Origin: Dendronephthya gigantea
Taxonomy: Eukaryota
DNA length: 64,000 nucleotides
Reading direction: 5' to 3'
Assembly: GCF_004324835.1 (NCBI RefSeq)
Contig: NW_021163190.1
Coordinates: 191,242-255,241, forward strand
Shown: piece after piece, positions 19,309-30,157 of the stretch
How the letters are laid out: every line of letters starts with the position of its first letter
How positions within the stretch are numbered: position 1 is the stretch's first letter
Notes under the pieces: model-generated
Databases searched by the model: none
What the model saw: only the letters and a program-made list of their open reading frames with translations
What the model was told of the DNA's origin: nothing
Translations under genes and position numbers: made by a program

Positions 19309-21849
19309 ACAATATGTAAGGTAATATTAAGTGAAAACTCCTAACATATTATGAACAATTGAAATGAACTATAAGATTTTCACAAAGTTATAGAAATAGT
19401 TTGTAGCATTCTAAGTTGATTGTAAGACATATACTGATTTGTATTTTTGTGATTGAATTTAAATTAAGTCAGTTCTTAGAACAATAATAAATGTTTGAAA
19501 TAGATATTTTCATTCTGGAAGGTCTAAAATGAAACACAAAATAAAAAATTTGAAATAAGCTTTTCTGCACCCACTCCATCTAGCTTTTTTCAGCCCCTCC
19601 CCTCCCACCTAGGTTTTTTAGCCACAACCCCACCCCTCCCCACCTAGGTTCTTCTGCCCTGGTCCCCCAGACCAAAAATCCTAACTGAGCCTCTGCCTCA
19701 AGAAATAGCTCAGTTACCTATTTTAAATATCAGCCTGTCTGTAAATAATGTCTGTGTCTGTCAGACTGCCACAAACCGAGTCATATTTTAAAATTTAACA
19801 ATTAACAAGATTTGGAGAGATAGTTTTACTCTTTATTAAAACAAAACCCTGATTAACTAATATAAATTGGTTTGTCAACTAAAATAAAATTCTTGTTTCA
19901 AGTTTGCTCACAGATTGTTTTGTAATTTCACGTTTTCCATCGCGTCCTTGAAGGCTTTTAGTACAAGATTTACATTATCTTTTGTACTGTTCAACCCCAT
20001 CAGACCAACACGCCATATCTGAAAATTTTCAGGACAAAAAGTATGCTTTTAAGAGGGAAAAAAAAATTTCCGATTATGGAGGGAATAACTGCGAATATGA
20101 AGAAGAAATTGTGAATATGGATACCTTTCCAGCAGATCTTCCAAGACCACCTGAAATATCCATTTTATATCTGAAAAAGAAATTGATTATTCAATTTTAA
20201 CACTCTCCCTCTTTATTGGACCTCTATGGATCACCCCCCTGCAAGTCTTAAAAATGCAGCTGTTAGCAGCGGGGGGACTCTTTCCCAAGATTCATCACTC
20301 AGCAAGTACCGTTAATGGAAGGAACTACCCCCTGACCATATTAAAAATGGAGCACTTGCTGAATGAGGGAATCACTTATGCAAAAAACTATGGAGTTGTT
20401 CTTCTGATAGGTATTCTGTGCCTACACTTTCTTTTATTTTTATTGTATTTTTATCTTTACTTGAGAGAACGACATGAAATTACCATTTAGACCTAACCCG
20501 GGGGGTGAAGGAAGTACAATCATCAAATTCATTACTAATGGTAGTATATATACAATTAAATTGACTTTTGCAAAATACAATGACATTTTCGTGCAAATAA
20601 AACCAAATACGGTAGAAATAACTACAAAACCATGCTCCATTTTACCAATACAACAACTATTATTACAAATAGTCTTTTGGGTTTACGATTAAACCATTCT
20701 TATAAAATTGTAAATGCAAATGCTGTGTTATTCCTGAGTAAGGAATTTCCTACGATTTTCCTAACACTGAACCTTCATCAGCGAAGCCTGAAGACTTCGA
20801 AGGCGTGAAATAAAATATCTTTGCACTAAAACCTATAAAAAATGAATGAAGTTAATTACTCTAGTGCAATACACGGGTCTACGAGGTTGTTCTCAAGTCA
20901 TGCAACGATGAACCTTCCATATTTCATTTTAATATTTATGGCTTTATTGTTGAAGATAATGAAAGCGAAAGAGAGAAATTGTTTACAAGTGAAATAGTCA
21001 GATTGTCTTTTAAATTGCCGTGGAAAACTGATTTTGTTTCGAGAAATACATTATAGTTTAAAATTTACTTTAGCCGAATTCATATTAGAGGCGGGAAACT
21101 CGTCTTACAAGGTCAAGAAAAACAGGAAACTCGTTTCACAGGGGAAACTCCTCTTGGAAACTCATCTCAGACGGGAAACTCGTCTGATGTGAATCAGGCC
21201 ACAGACGGGTTTCTCGTCAGAATTTTCCCGCCTAATTTTCCCGTGTAAACAAACGGTTAATTTGAACGGGAATCCCTTCTGGACGACAAACTCGTCTTAA
21301 ATTCGCATTTAGACGGATAAATCAGACGAGTTTCTGAAATATCAACACGGTCAAGGACGGAACAAGGGTAAAGCCCGCCGCACAAGAGAGCTATCAGCTG
21401 AGCTAACGACCTCGCAACGCAGTTAACTCAGCCTGAAAACTATCCGCACACGATAGAAACTTGCCTCTCGAGGCGAATTCCACACGAAAAACTATCCGCA
21501 CACGAGAGTAACTTGCTGAGCTAACAGCCTAGCGAGGTCTTTACCTCAGCTACCAGTTCTCGTGTGAGGCGCGCTTAACTGAGAAAATAAACAAAATTAT
21601 TATCGTAATAATCACGATACCCTTTTTAGCATTACCCGACCCATCACACGTGTAAATTTTACATCCATTCCAAGTCATATTAAGACGGGTTTTTACAATC
21701 AACTTTCCTTTCTAAGATGAATTTCCCGTGCCTAATATGAATTTGGTTGTTAATGTGAGAGAGATGATACCTTCGGCTTCTCCGCTTCCTTGAATATACA
21801 ATCCATTGTTATATGGTTTGTTGTTGTTTGAATAAGAACGTGATTTTCG

Positions 21850-22278
21850 TCAGATCTTCGCAGCAAATGGTGTCATGACAGAACTCCCTGGTTTGCAAAT
21901 TATGTCGACACCATTGTGTGTACGAGAGCCTCTGTATAATGATAAATTCACGTTAATTTAATTGTTTTGTAAGATTATAAGAATATTATCGATTCGCTGT
22001 GTTGCCACAAGCTTACATCTGGTCTTACCTTGGTGTTCCGAAATCACCACAACCCTGACTGTCACATTCACGGATTGAATTTCTACCATTTGAGCTGCAA
22101 AGCTGACCAAGTTTAAAACATTCAACCGCATTATCTAGAAAAATAAATCCAGAAAAATACGAGGAAAAATAACGAAGTGATACTTGAGAATTCTATGAAC
22201 AAAGATATATATCACAATATGTATTCCAGTACCTGCAAAGACTAGGAATATAACAACGATCTTAACAACTCCAAACAT
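21850..22278 (-). CDS. Third copy of the candidate small secreted Cys-peptide gene
   Basis: Same layout; exon 3 reads ..GVDIICKPGSSVMTPFAAKI*. Further 5'-truncated copies at ~11040-11400 and ~48490-48830. Confidence 0.35.
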
Positions 22279-22584
22279 CTTTGATCTGCTAAAATTTAAT
22301 CTTCTAGCTTGAAATGGCTTTTCATCGATATATTGACCGCACTTATACAGGATGTTTCAAAAAACACAACACTTAATATTCATGAATATTTTGATACGCT
22401 ATACGATCTTTTGTGATCAAAACGACAATATCATTTTCCAGAAGATTGCGAGAAAATACAAACACAGACTTGTCCAAGAACGAACACTGTATCTATATTC
22501 AGTCTATACAGCGAGGTTTAAACTACAGAGCGACAAACAACACAGAGCTTGCTTTATTATTACCACACAAGAACGACGTGAAAT

Positions 22585-24207
22585 ATGGCTTCATATATAC
22601 AAGGCTACGATGAAGAAAGGTTTGTGGACAAAATCAATCAAAATTTTCATTGTCAGATTTGCTTCAACGTCTTGAAAGAGCCGGTTATGTGTTCGAGAAA
22701 CCAGCATTCTTTTTGCCGTTGTTGTATTACGAAACATCTGGAAAATTCTCAAACATGCCCAACGTGTGCTGATGAACTGACCGTAGAGACTTTGGCCGAA
22801 GCACCGCGAATGGTTAAAGATTTCTTGAATGAATCGAAAATTCGTTGCGTTTACATCGACAGAGGTTGTCAAGAAGTTGTAGAATTACAGCATCTTGACC
22901 GCCATGAAAATACATGTGGATATACACCAGCCGTGTGTACAAACCAAGGCTGTGGTTTAATTGTCAACAAGCGTGATCTTATTCACCATGAAAGTGAAGT
23001 CTGTGAATTTCGAAAGTTGAAGTGTCACTCGTGCGGAGAAATAACCAAAACTTTGGCAGATATGGAGGAAAGAATGGCGAATATCGAGAATAATATCGAG
23101 AAGAATAATACAACAGTTGAAATTAAAATAACAAATTTAGACAGAAAAATAGACAAAAACACGGCAGATATAAAAGCGGATATGGAAGGAAAACACGAAG
23201 CGGTTAACAACAAAGTCGATGGATTGAAAACAGCTTTGGTCAAAGCTTTTAATGAAATAAAGGACGTTCTTATCACGATGGAGGGCAAGATAGAAGAAAA
23301 CACAAGAAAAGTAACAAATAGACCAAGTGGTGATAAGGAAAATATAATTGTTGCTGGAAGTTATGGAACTAACTCTGTAGAGATGTTTAACTGGCGTCAA
23401 AGAACATGGTCGCCATTACAATCAATGCCAGAGAATCGTTGTGGAGCGACTTCATTTATTTATAACAATCATATGACTATAGCTGGGGGTTGGTGTGGTG
23501 GGTCTGGCATTGTTGATGATATGATTAGAATGAATATTGACCCAAACCCTGATCTCTCAACAGACTGGAGTGACTGTCCTGTTAAACTACCTGATAAATT
23601 AATATTCCACAGCAGTGTGGTGTATAATGATGAGTTGATAGTCTCTGGAGGTGATAATGGAAATGGTTCATCTGACTTGATCAGAGCAGTCCAGCTTGTT
23701 CCTCCCTATACTGTGAAGACCTTATCAAGAATGCCAGAACCAAGACAATGTCACAGCATGGAAATATTTGATGATAATTTGTTGATAGTTGGTGGAAGTA
23801 CAATTAGCAGTTACAAAGGCAACCTTACCAGTGTCGTACTGTACGATATAAAGAAGAATGAGCTGAAACAGTTGTCACCACTACCGTATGAAGTGAGTCA
23901 CATGGCAACTGTGAGATGGGGAGACAACATTGTTGTTATTGGTGGTATTGACAAACATGGCAAGTTATTAGATAAAGTTATCATTTACAATGTGAAGACA
24001 GAACAAAGTCACATGCTGCCATCAATGAGATGTAAGAGGTGGGGATGTACTGCAGTTGTTATTGAAAACAACATTGTAGTCCTGGGAGGGGAGAGTGAGC
24101 AAGCAATGCAAACGTCAGTTGAAGGTTTCAACTTTGAAAGGTATTCTTGGGAAGAACTTCCAGAATTGTCTGAAGCAAAATGGATACACACTGCTGTTGT
24201 TGTGTGA
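22585..24207 (+). CDS. RING-zfTRAF-CC-Kelch paralog, 540 aa
   Basis: ORF track; same architecture; loop variants IAGGWCGGSGIVDD and LGGESEQAMQTSVEG. Confidence 0.85.
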   Translation: MASYIQGYDEERFVDKINQNFHCQICFNVLKEPVMCSRNQHSFCRCCITKHLENSQTCPTCADELTVETLAEAPRMVKDFLNESKIRCVYIDRGCQEVVELQHLDRHENTCGYTPAVCTNQGCGLIVNKRDLIHHESEVCEFRKLKCHSCGEITKTLADMEERMANIENNIEKNNTTVEIKITNLDRKIDKNTADIKADMEGKHEAVNNKVDGLKTALVKAFNEIKDVLITMEGKIEENTRKVTNRPSGDKENIIVAGSYGTNSVEMFNWRQRTWSPLQSMPENRCGATSFIYNNHMTIAGGWCGGSGIVDDMIRMNIDPNPDLSTDWSDCPVKLPDKLIFHSSVVYNDELIVSGGDNGNGSSDLIRAVQLVPPYTVKTLSRMPEPRQCHSMEIFDDNLLIVGGSTISSYKGNLTSVVLYDIKKNELKQLSPLPYEVSHMATVRWGDNIVVIGGIDKHGKLLDKVIIYNVKTEQSHMLPSMRCKRWGCTAVVIENNIVVLGGESEQAMQTSVEGFNFERYSWEELPELSEAKWIHTAVVV

Positions 24208-24769
24208 ACAATATGTAAGGTATTAAGTGAAAACTCCTAACATATTATGAACAATTGAAATGAACTATAAGATTTTCACAAAGTTATAGAAATAGATTGT
24301 AGGATTCTAAGTTGATTGTCAGACATATACTGATTTGTATTTTTGTAACTGAATTTAAATTGAGTCAGTTCTTGGAGTTATATATTAAAGAACAATGACA
24401 AATGTATGAAATAGATATTTCCATTCAGGAAGGTTTAAAATGAAACATCAAATAAAAGAATTCAAACAATAGGTAGGTGCATGAGTAAAAAAAATTTGAT
24501 TAAATATTGACCATGTTGGATCAGAGTTATTAGTTTCTATTAACTGCGGTTTGGATTTAAAAAATTCAACTTTCCTAGAAGCATAAATATTTCTGGGAGG
24601 AGACATAAAATGAAAGGGTAAACTTACGATGTTTCAGAGCATGTGATGCAGGGAATATTTCTGATGTTAGATTTCAACATTGATAATGGCGTTTGTTCAT
24701 CTCTACCATGATGTTCTCCACATTTGAAATAAAATTCCTTTGAAAGAACAAAAAGTTTGTGATCGACCT

Positions 24770-25190
24770 ACTTTAGTATTTTAATCTGTCTAATGTCAGA
24801 TGATTTTACTCATCAGTGGAAGAGTACTGTCAGTTAATAAGTTAACAAAACATTCTGTCAGTGTCTCTTGTTAACCCATTAGCTTGCAATGCACCCAGAT
24901 GTGACCTACTTTAGTATTTTACTCTGCCTAATGCCAGATGATTTTACTCATCAGTGGAAGAGTACTGTCAGTTAATAAGTTAACAAAACTATCTGTCAGT
25001 GTCTCTTGTTAACCCATTAGCTTGCAATGCACCCAGATGTGACCTACTTTAGTATTTTACTCTGTCTAATGTCAGATGATTTTACTCATCAGTGGAAGAG
25101 TACTGTCAGTTAATAAGTTAGCAAAACTATCTGTCAGTGTCTCTTGTTAACCCATTAGATTGCAATGCCCCCAGATGTGGCCCACTATTG
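24770..25190. repeat. Same 138-bp satellite, ~3 units, inverted orientation
   Basis: Reverse-complement monomers (tactttagtattttactctgtctaatgtcagatgattttactcatcagtggaagag...). Confidence 0.85.
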
Positions 25191-25619
25191 TATTTTAGGT
25201 CTGATAGGTCTTACAGCTGTTTTTCCATGACAGTTTGTATTGGATTCACATTGTCCCTGCAAGCGGCCTTTGATCAATACATCATCCCAACCATTTGGAC
25301 CCTTGCAAGAAACCATAAATATTGTGTAAACAAGATATTTGTTGACATTCAAAAGCTTTCACAGCAAGCTTGTAAACAAGTTGAAACAATGTCAACATTT
25401 AATTTACAAAGTTGTACATAAATCTGCTGTGGTTTTTTACAAGTTGTTTATAAGCAAAGAGTAAATACCTGTGATAGAACAAAGCTTCCTTCCTTGCAAT
25501 TTGAACATCGACATCGCAATTTTCCTCGTGTTAGTTTCTTGCAAGTTTTACAATAAACAAAGAAGAAACTTTGCTTGCCTGAGATGAGAGAGGATGAAAA
25601 GTTTGGATTATTAAAGAAG

Positions 25620-25960
25620 CCCTGGTGTAGAGAGATGAGCTTATTAGAAAGAGATTATTAATATTAAAGAGAAAGGGGCTTATTAGAGAGAGAGGCCTAT
25701 TAGAGAGAGAGGGGCTTATTAGAGAGAGAGGCCTATTAGAGAGAGAGGGGCTTATTAGAGAGAGAGGCCTATTAGAGAGAGAGGGACTTATTAGAGAGAG
25801 AGGGGCTTATTTGAGAGAGAGGCCTATTAGAGAGAAATGGGCTTATTTGAGAGAGAGGCCTATTAGAGAGAGAGGGGCTTATTAGAGAGAGAGGGGCTTA
25901 TTTGAGAGAGGGAGGGGCTATTAGAGAGAGAGGGGCTTTTTAGAGAGAGAGAGGGTGGGG
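25620..25960. repeat. ~17-bp minisatellite (CTTATTAGAGAGAGAGGGG), ~18 units, then ~600 bp of degenerate purine-rich ~70-bp repeats (to 26560); a diverged copy of the purine-rich block lies at 35470-36120
   Basis: Read directly; sits inside the intron of the minus-strand UBL gene. Confidence 0.85.
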
Positions 25961-26652
25961 CTTTATGGATAAAGTATAATAAGATTAGGGGGAAAGGCAG
26001 GGTAGAGAACCCCCTACCCAGGTTTCTCCATGAGGAAAATGCAAGGGTATTCAGGTAAGGGGGTATGGGCAAGGGTGGGGTGAGTTAATTGGAAAAAGAG
26101 TTTTTAGAGAGGAGGCATATTAGAAAGGGGCATGCTAGTAGGGAAGGGTATAGGGGATTGGCTATAGAGGGTTAATTAGAGAGGGATATAAGAGTTCTAA
26201 GAGGTACATTAGGGAGGGGCATACTATTAGGGAAGGGAATAGAGAATGATTTGAGGGTTAATTAGAGAGGAATATTAGAGAAGAGGTACATTAGGGAAGG
26301 GCATTGTGACAGAGAGGAATAGAAGTGATTTGAGGGTTAATTAGAGATGGCTGTTGAGAAGGATATTTTATAGAGGACAAACTAGAGAAAGGGTTATTAC
26401 AAAAGACGTGTATTAGACAGGAATACAATACAAGGAACAGACATGAAAAAGATGTTATTATAGTGGATTAACTAGAGAGAGGTTTATCAGGAAAGAGGTT
26501 TATTAAATCAGGTCATATCAGAAAGGGAGAGGAACGAGGGTGAACATAGTGGGAACATATTGGAGGTATTTATTGAGGGTGTAAAATTAGGAAGGGGATT
26601 AAACAGGGTGGGGTCACACCATTGAGAGGTTTATGAAAGATCTCGTCACCAC

Positions 26653-26800
26653 CTGATTGTTGAGATTCACCATCTTCATCTTTGTCATCCTGTGTCAGTT
26701 TCACTTTCGTCAAACCATCATTCGCATTGTAAGTTGCATCAACTGAGATCTGACCAGATTTCTGAACAGCATGAATGACGCTGTGGTTCATCTCTGCATT
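26653..26800 (-). CDS. Exon 2 of the UBL-domain gene (NAEMNHSVIHAVQKSGQISVDATYNANDGLTKVKLTQDDKDEDGESQQS..)
   Basis: Acceptor ttttatag|AATGCAGAG, phase 0. Completes the UBL fold (..SVIHAVQK). Candidate donor CAG|gtggtg at 26652. The paralogous copy diverges exactly after that site, as expected for an intron. Confidence 0.55.
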
Positions 26801-27227
26801 CTATAAAACACAGTTTCAGATCTCTGAATGCCAGACTCATCGTGGACTGATGGCAATTTAAAGACTGAGAATTTTGAGAATCATCTGAAAAATCCTGGAA
26901 ACTGTCCATGAGTGAAAATTCACATAAGTTTGGGTCAGGTTTTAGTGGAGAAAGATGGCTTTGAAAAATGTCTTAAAATATCATTTTATCAAGATTCAGA
27001 CACTGTGATATTCTGAGATGGACTGACTCAAGCAAGACAAGCTGTATCATAATCTATCTCAGATTTACTATAACGAAGATGCTCGCTTTAAACATCAAAA
27101 TCCCGAACTAAAAAAAACCTCATTTATGAAATCATTTAAACATTTCACAGTAAAGCTTTCGTTATTTCTTTGAAAATTGTTATATAAATCACATTAAAAG
27201 CTTGATATTTTCCTAAAAATCACTCAC

Positions 27228-27401
27228 CCCGAGTGTTAATTCATCGGGTAATTCTCGACCGGCAAAAATGATTTTAATTCCAGCAGTTTTGACATTTTTC
27301 TTGCGAGCAATTTCCCGTTTTAGTTGAGCGATTGTCCAGGATGGTTGAAAACGAAGGTTAAATGATTTGCCGTTGAAGTTTACGGTCACGTCGTGCGACA
27401 T
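27228..27401 (-). CDS. Exon 1 (start codon, 58 codons) of a ubiquitin-like-domain protein gene
   Basis: MSHDVTVNFNGKSFNLRFQPSWTIAQLKREIARKKNVKTAGIKIIFAGRELPDELTLG has the ubiquitin beta-grasp pattern (..IFAGKEL.., Parkin-UBL-like). In-frame upstream TAG. Ends with a perfect donor GGG|gtgagt. Confidence 0.65.
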
Positions 27402-28519
27402 ATTTCGCTAGAAAAGCTCGTGTATTTCCTTGCAATTGAGAGAAAATAATTCAAAATATTTTGCTTCAAAACGAAAGTTTGGAAAAGAAATGTTTGAAAA
27501 TTGAAAGTTTAAAACGACGGTTGCTTCCACTTACCAAAACAAACTTCCTCTTTTTCCCTTGAAATTTCACTCCCTAGCAGTTTTCTGATCTCTTGGAACA
27601 CTGGAATGTTCAGCGTTTTCTATGTTGGCAATCAATATAATTCCAGAGATTAGGTTAGGATTAGGGTTAAATTTAGGATTAGGTTTAACCCTATTTAACA
27701 ATAAACATAGGACCTAATCTTAACCCAAATCGTAACATAATCTCAAATAACAAATAATAAATTAGTCTGACGGATAGTTTTTTTAACTCATTAACTGCCA
27801 AAACAAACTTCCTCTTTTTTCCTTGAAATTTCACTCCCTTGCAGTTTTCTGATCTCTTGGAACACTGGAATGTTTAGCGTTTTCGAAGTTGACAATCAAT
27901 ATAATTCCATTTAATCCTTAAGATTAGGTTAGGATTAGGGTTAAAATTAGGAATGAGTCTCACCCTATTAAACTATAAACCTAAAACATAATCTTAACCC
28001 AATTCCTAAGATAATCCCAAAGATTAAATTCGTGTATTTAGGATTTAGTGAACATGGAGTTTTATATTAAAAACTATCGCAGCATCGTCAGCACTTTTGA
28101 AAGTGTAAATTCGCATTTTAATAGAACAAGTTAAAGCTTTTAGAGTCGACTTAAATTACTGCAAAATAACATTTCTCTAAAATCTACTGAAAATATCAGA
28201 AAAAGGTTTCATTTGGCTCCAGCTCTCTCCGTCAGCTCGTAACATTTTCAAATTCATTTTTGGAAACACCGCATCAAATTCCAGGAATTCCTGAGTCCTG
28301 ACAGGAGAGGACGCGTCTTATGCAAATACTTTATAAGGAAAAGATATTTGTCTTCATAAACTGATCATTTTGGAGAAGATTTCGAGAAAATACAAACACC
28401 GACTTCTCCAAGAACGAACACTGTATCTATATTTCAGTCTATACAGCGAGGTTTATACTACAGAGCGACAACACAACACAGAACTTGCTTTATTATTACG
28501 ACACAAGAACGACGTAAAT

Positions 28520-30157
28520 ATGGCTTCATATATACAAGGTTACGATGAAGAAAGGTTTGTGGACAAAATAAATCAAAATTTTCATTGTCAGATTTGCTTC
28601 AACGTCTTGAAAGAGCCGGTTATGTGTTCGAGAAACCAGCATTCTTTTTGCCGTTGTTGTATTACGAAACATCTGGAAAATTCTCAAACATGCCCAACGT
28701 GTGCTGATAAACTGACCGTAGAGACTTTGGCCGAACCTTCACGAATGGTAAAAGATTTTTTAAATGAATCAAAAATTCGTTGCGTTTACATCGACAGAGG
28801 TTGTCAAGAAGTTGTAGAAGTGCAGCATCTTGACCGCCATGAAGATACATGTGGATATACACCAGCCGTTTGTACAAACCAAGGCTGTGGTTTAATTGTC
28901 AACAAGCGTGATCTTATTCACCATGAAAGTGAAGTCTGTGAATTCCGAAAGTTGAAGTGTCACTCCTGCGGAGAAATAACGAAAACCTTGGCAGATATGG
29001 ACGAAAGAATGGCGAATATGGAAAAGAACATAGGGAAGGAATAGTATAACAATTGAAACTAAAATAACAAATTTAGAGCGAAATGTTGCACGGAATATCG
29101 AGAAAAACACGGCAGATATAAAAAGCAGATATGGAAGGAAAACACGAAGCGGTTAACAACAAAGTCGATGGATTGAAAACAGCTTTGGTCAGAGCTTTTG
29201 ATGAATGAAGGACGTTTTTATCACGATGGAGGGCAAGAAAGAAGAAAAACAAGAAAAGTAGGAAATAGACCAAGTGGTGATAAGGAAAATATAATTGTTG
29301 CTGGTGGAGGTTTTTTGAATGAGTCTGTAGAGATGTTTAACTGGCGTCAAAGAACATGGTCGCCATTACAATCAATGCCAAAGGATCGTTGGGGAGCGAC
29401 TTCATTTATTTATAACAATGATATGACTATAGCTGGGGGTTTCTGTGGTTTGTCTGGCATTGTTGATGATATGATTAGAATGAATATTGACCCAAACCCT
29501 GATCTCTCAACACACTGGAGTGACTGTCCTGTTAAACTACCTGATAAGTTGAAATACCACAGCAGTGTGCTGTATAATGATCAGTTGATAGTCTCTGGAG
29601 GTGATAATGAAAATGTTTCATCTGACCTGATCAGAGCAGTCCAGCTTGTTCCTCCCTATACTGTGAAGACCTTATCAAGAATGCCAGAACCAAGGCATGG
29701 TCACAGCATGGAATTATTTGATGATAATTTGTTGATAGTTGGTGGAACTACAACTGGCTATACCAAAGACAACCTTAGCAGTGTCACGCTGTATGATATT
29801 AAGAAGAATGAGTTGAAACAGTTGTCACCACTGCCGTATGAAGTGAGTCACATGGCAACTGTGAGATGGGGAGACAACATTGTTGTTATTGGTGGTGATG
29901 ACAAACATGGCAAGACATTAGATACAGTTATCATTTACAATGTCAAAACAGAACAAAGTCACATGCTGCCATCAATGAGATGTAAGAGGTGGGGATGTAC
30001 TGCAGTTGTTATTGAAAACAACATTGTAGTCCTGGGAGGATCTGGTGAGCAAGGAAAGATGAAGTCAGTTGAAGGTTTCAACTTTGAAAGGTATTCTTGG
30101 GAAGAACTTCCAGAAATGTCTGAAGCAAGATACTGGCACACTGCTGTTGTTGTGTGA
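28520..30157 (+). pseudogene. RING-zfTRAF-CC-Kelch paralog disabled by several indels in the coiled-coil region (~29030-29230); Kelch half still reads as an ORF
   Basis: ORF splits into 28370..29044 and 29198..30157. Versus other copies: atagggaaggaatagtataacaattg instead of ..aataatgtaacaattg, and tgatgaatgaaggacgttttta missing bases. The RING/TRAF part and the Kelch part are in different frames. Confidence 0.7.

Larger units (their letters stand above)
24440..28400. repeat. ~3.9-kb segmental duplication unit (second copy 34620-38330) carrying the UBL gene, satellite blocks and purine-rich repeats, intercalated between Kelch gene copies
   Basis: Collinear high identity between the two intervals. 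Copy 2 has an extra ~780-bp insertion (36355-37135) that includes the palindromic MITE. Confidence 0.75.

Noticed and set aside
19982-20200. Conserved ~72-aa ORF in the spacer module (MYCSTPSDQHAISEKFH..MDTFPADLPRPPEISILYLKKKLIIQF) and the antisense 84-aa ORF (MDISGGLGRSAGKV.., 15448..15702, 30759..31013)
   Set aside because: Between copies the ORF shifts frame in the middle and returns (19982 copy), or is truncated (30755 copy, 20080 region). Substitutions show no synonymous bias; conservation reflects the young age of the repeat, not coding constraint.
27640-28030. Telomere-like TTAGG/TTAGGG strings (ttaggattagggttaaatttagg)
   Set aside because: Not a perfect tandem telomeric array; part of a ~240-bp duplicated, partly palindromic dispersed repeat that is also found at 37900-38220 and 48840-48960.
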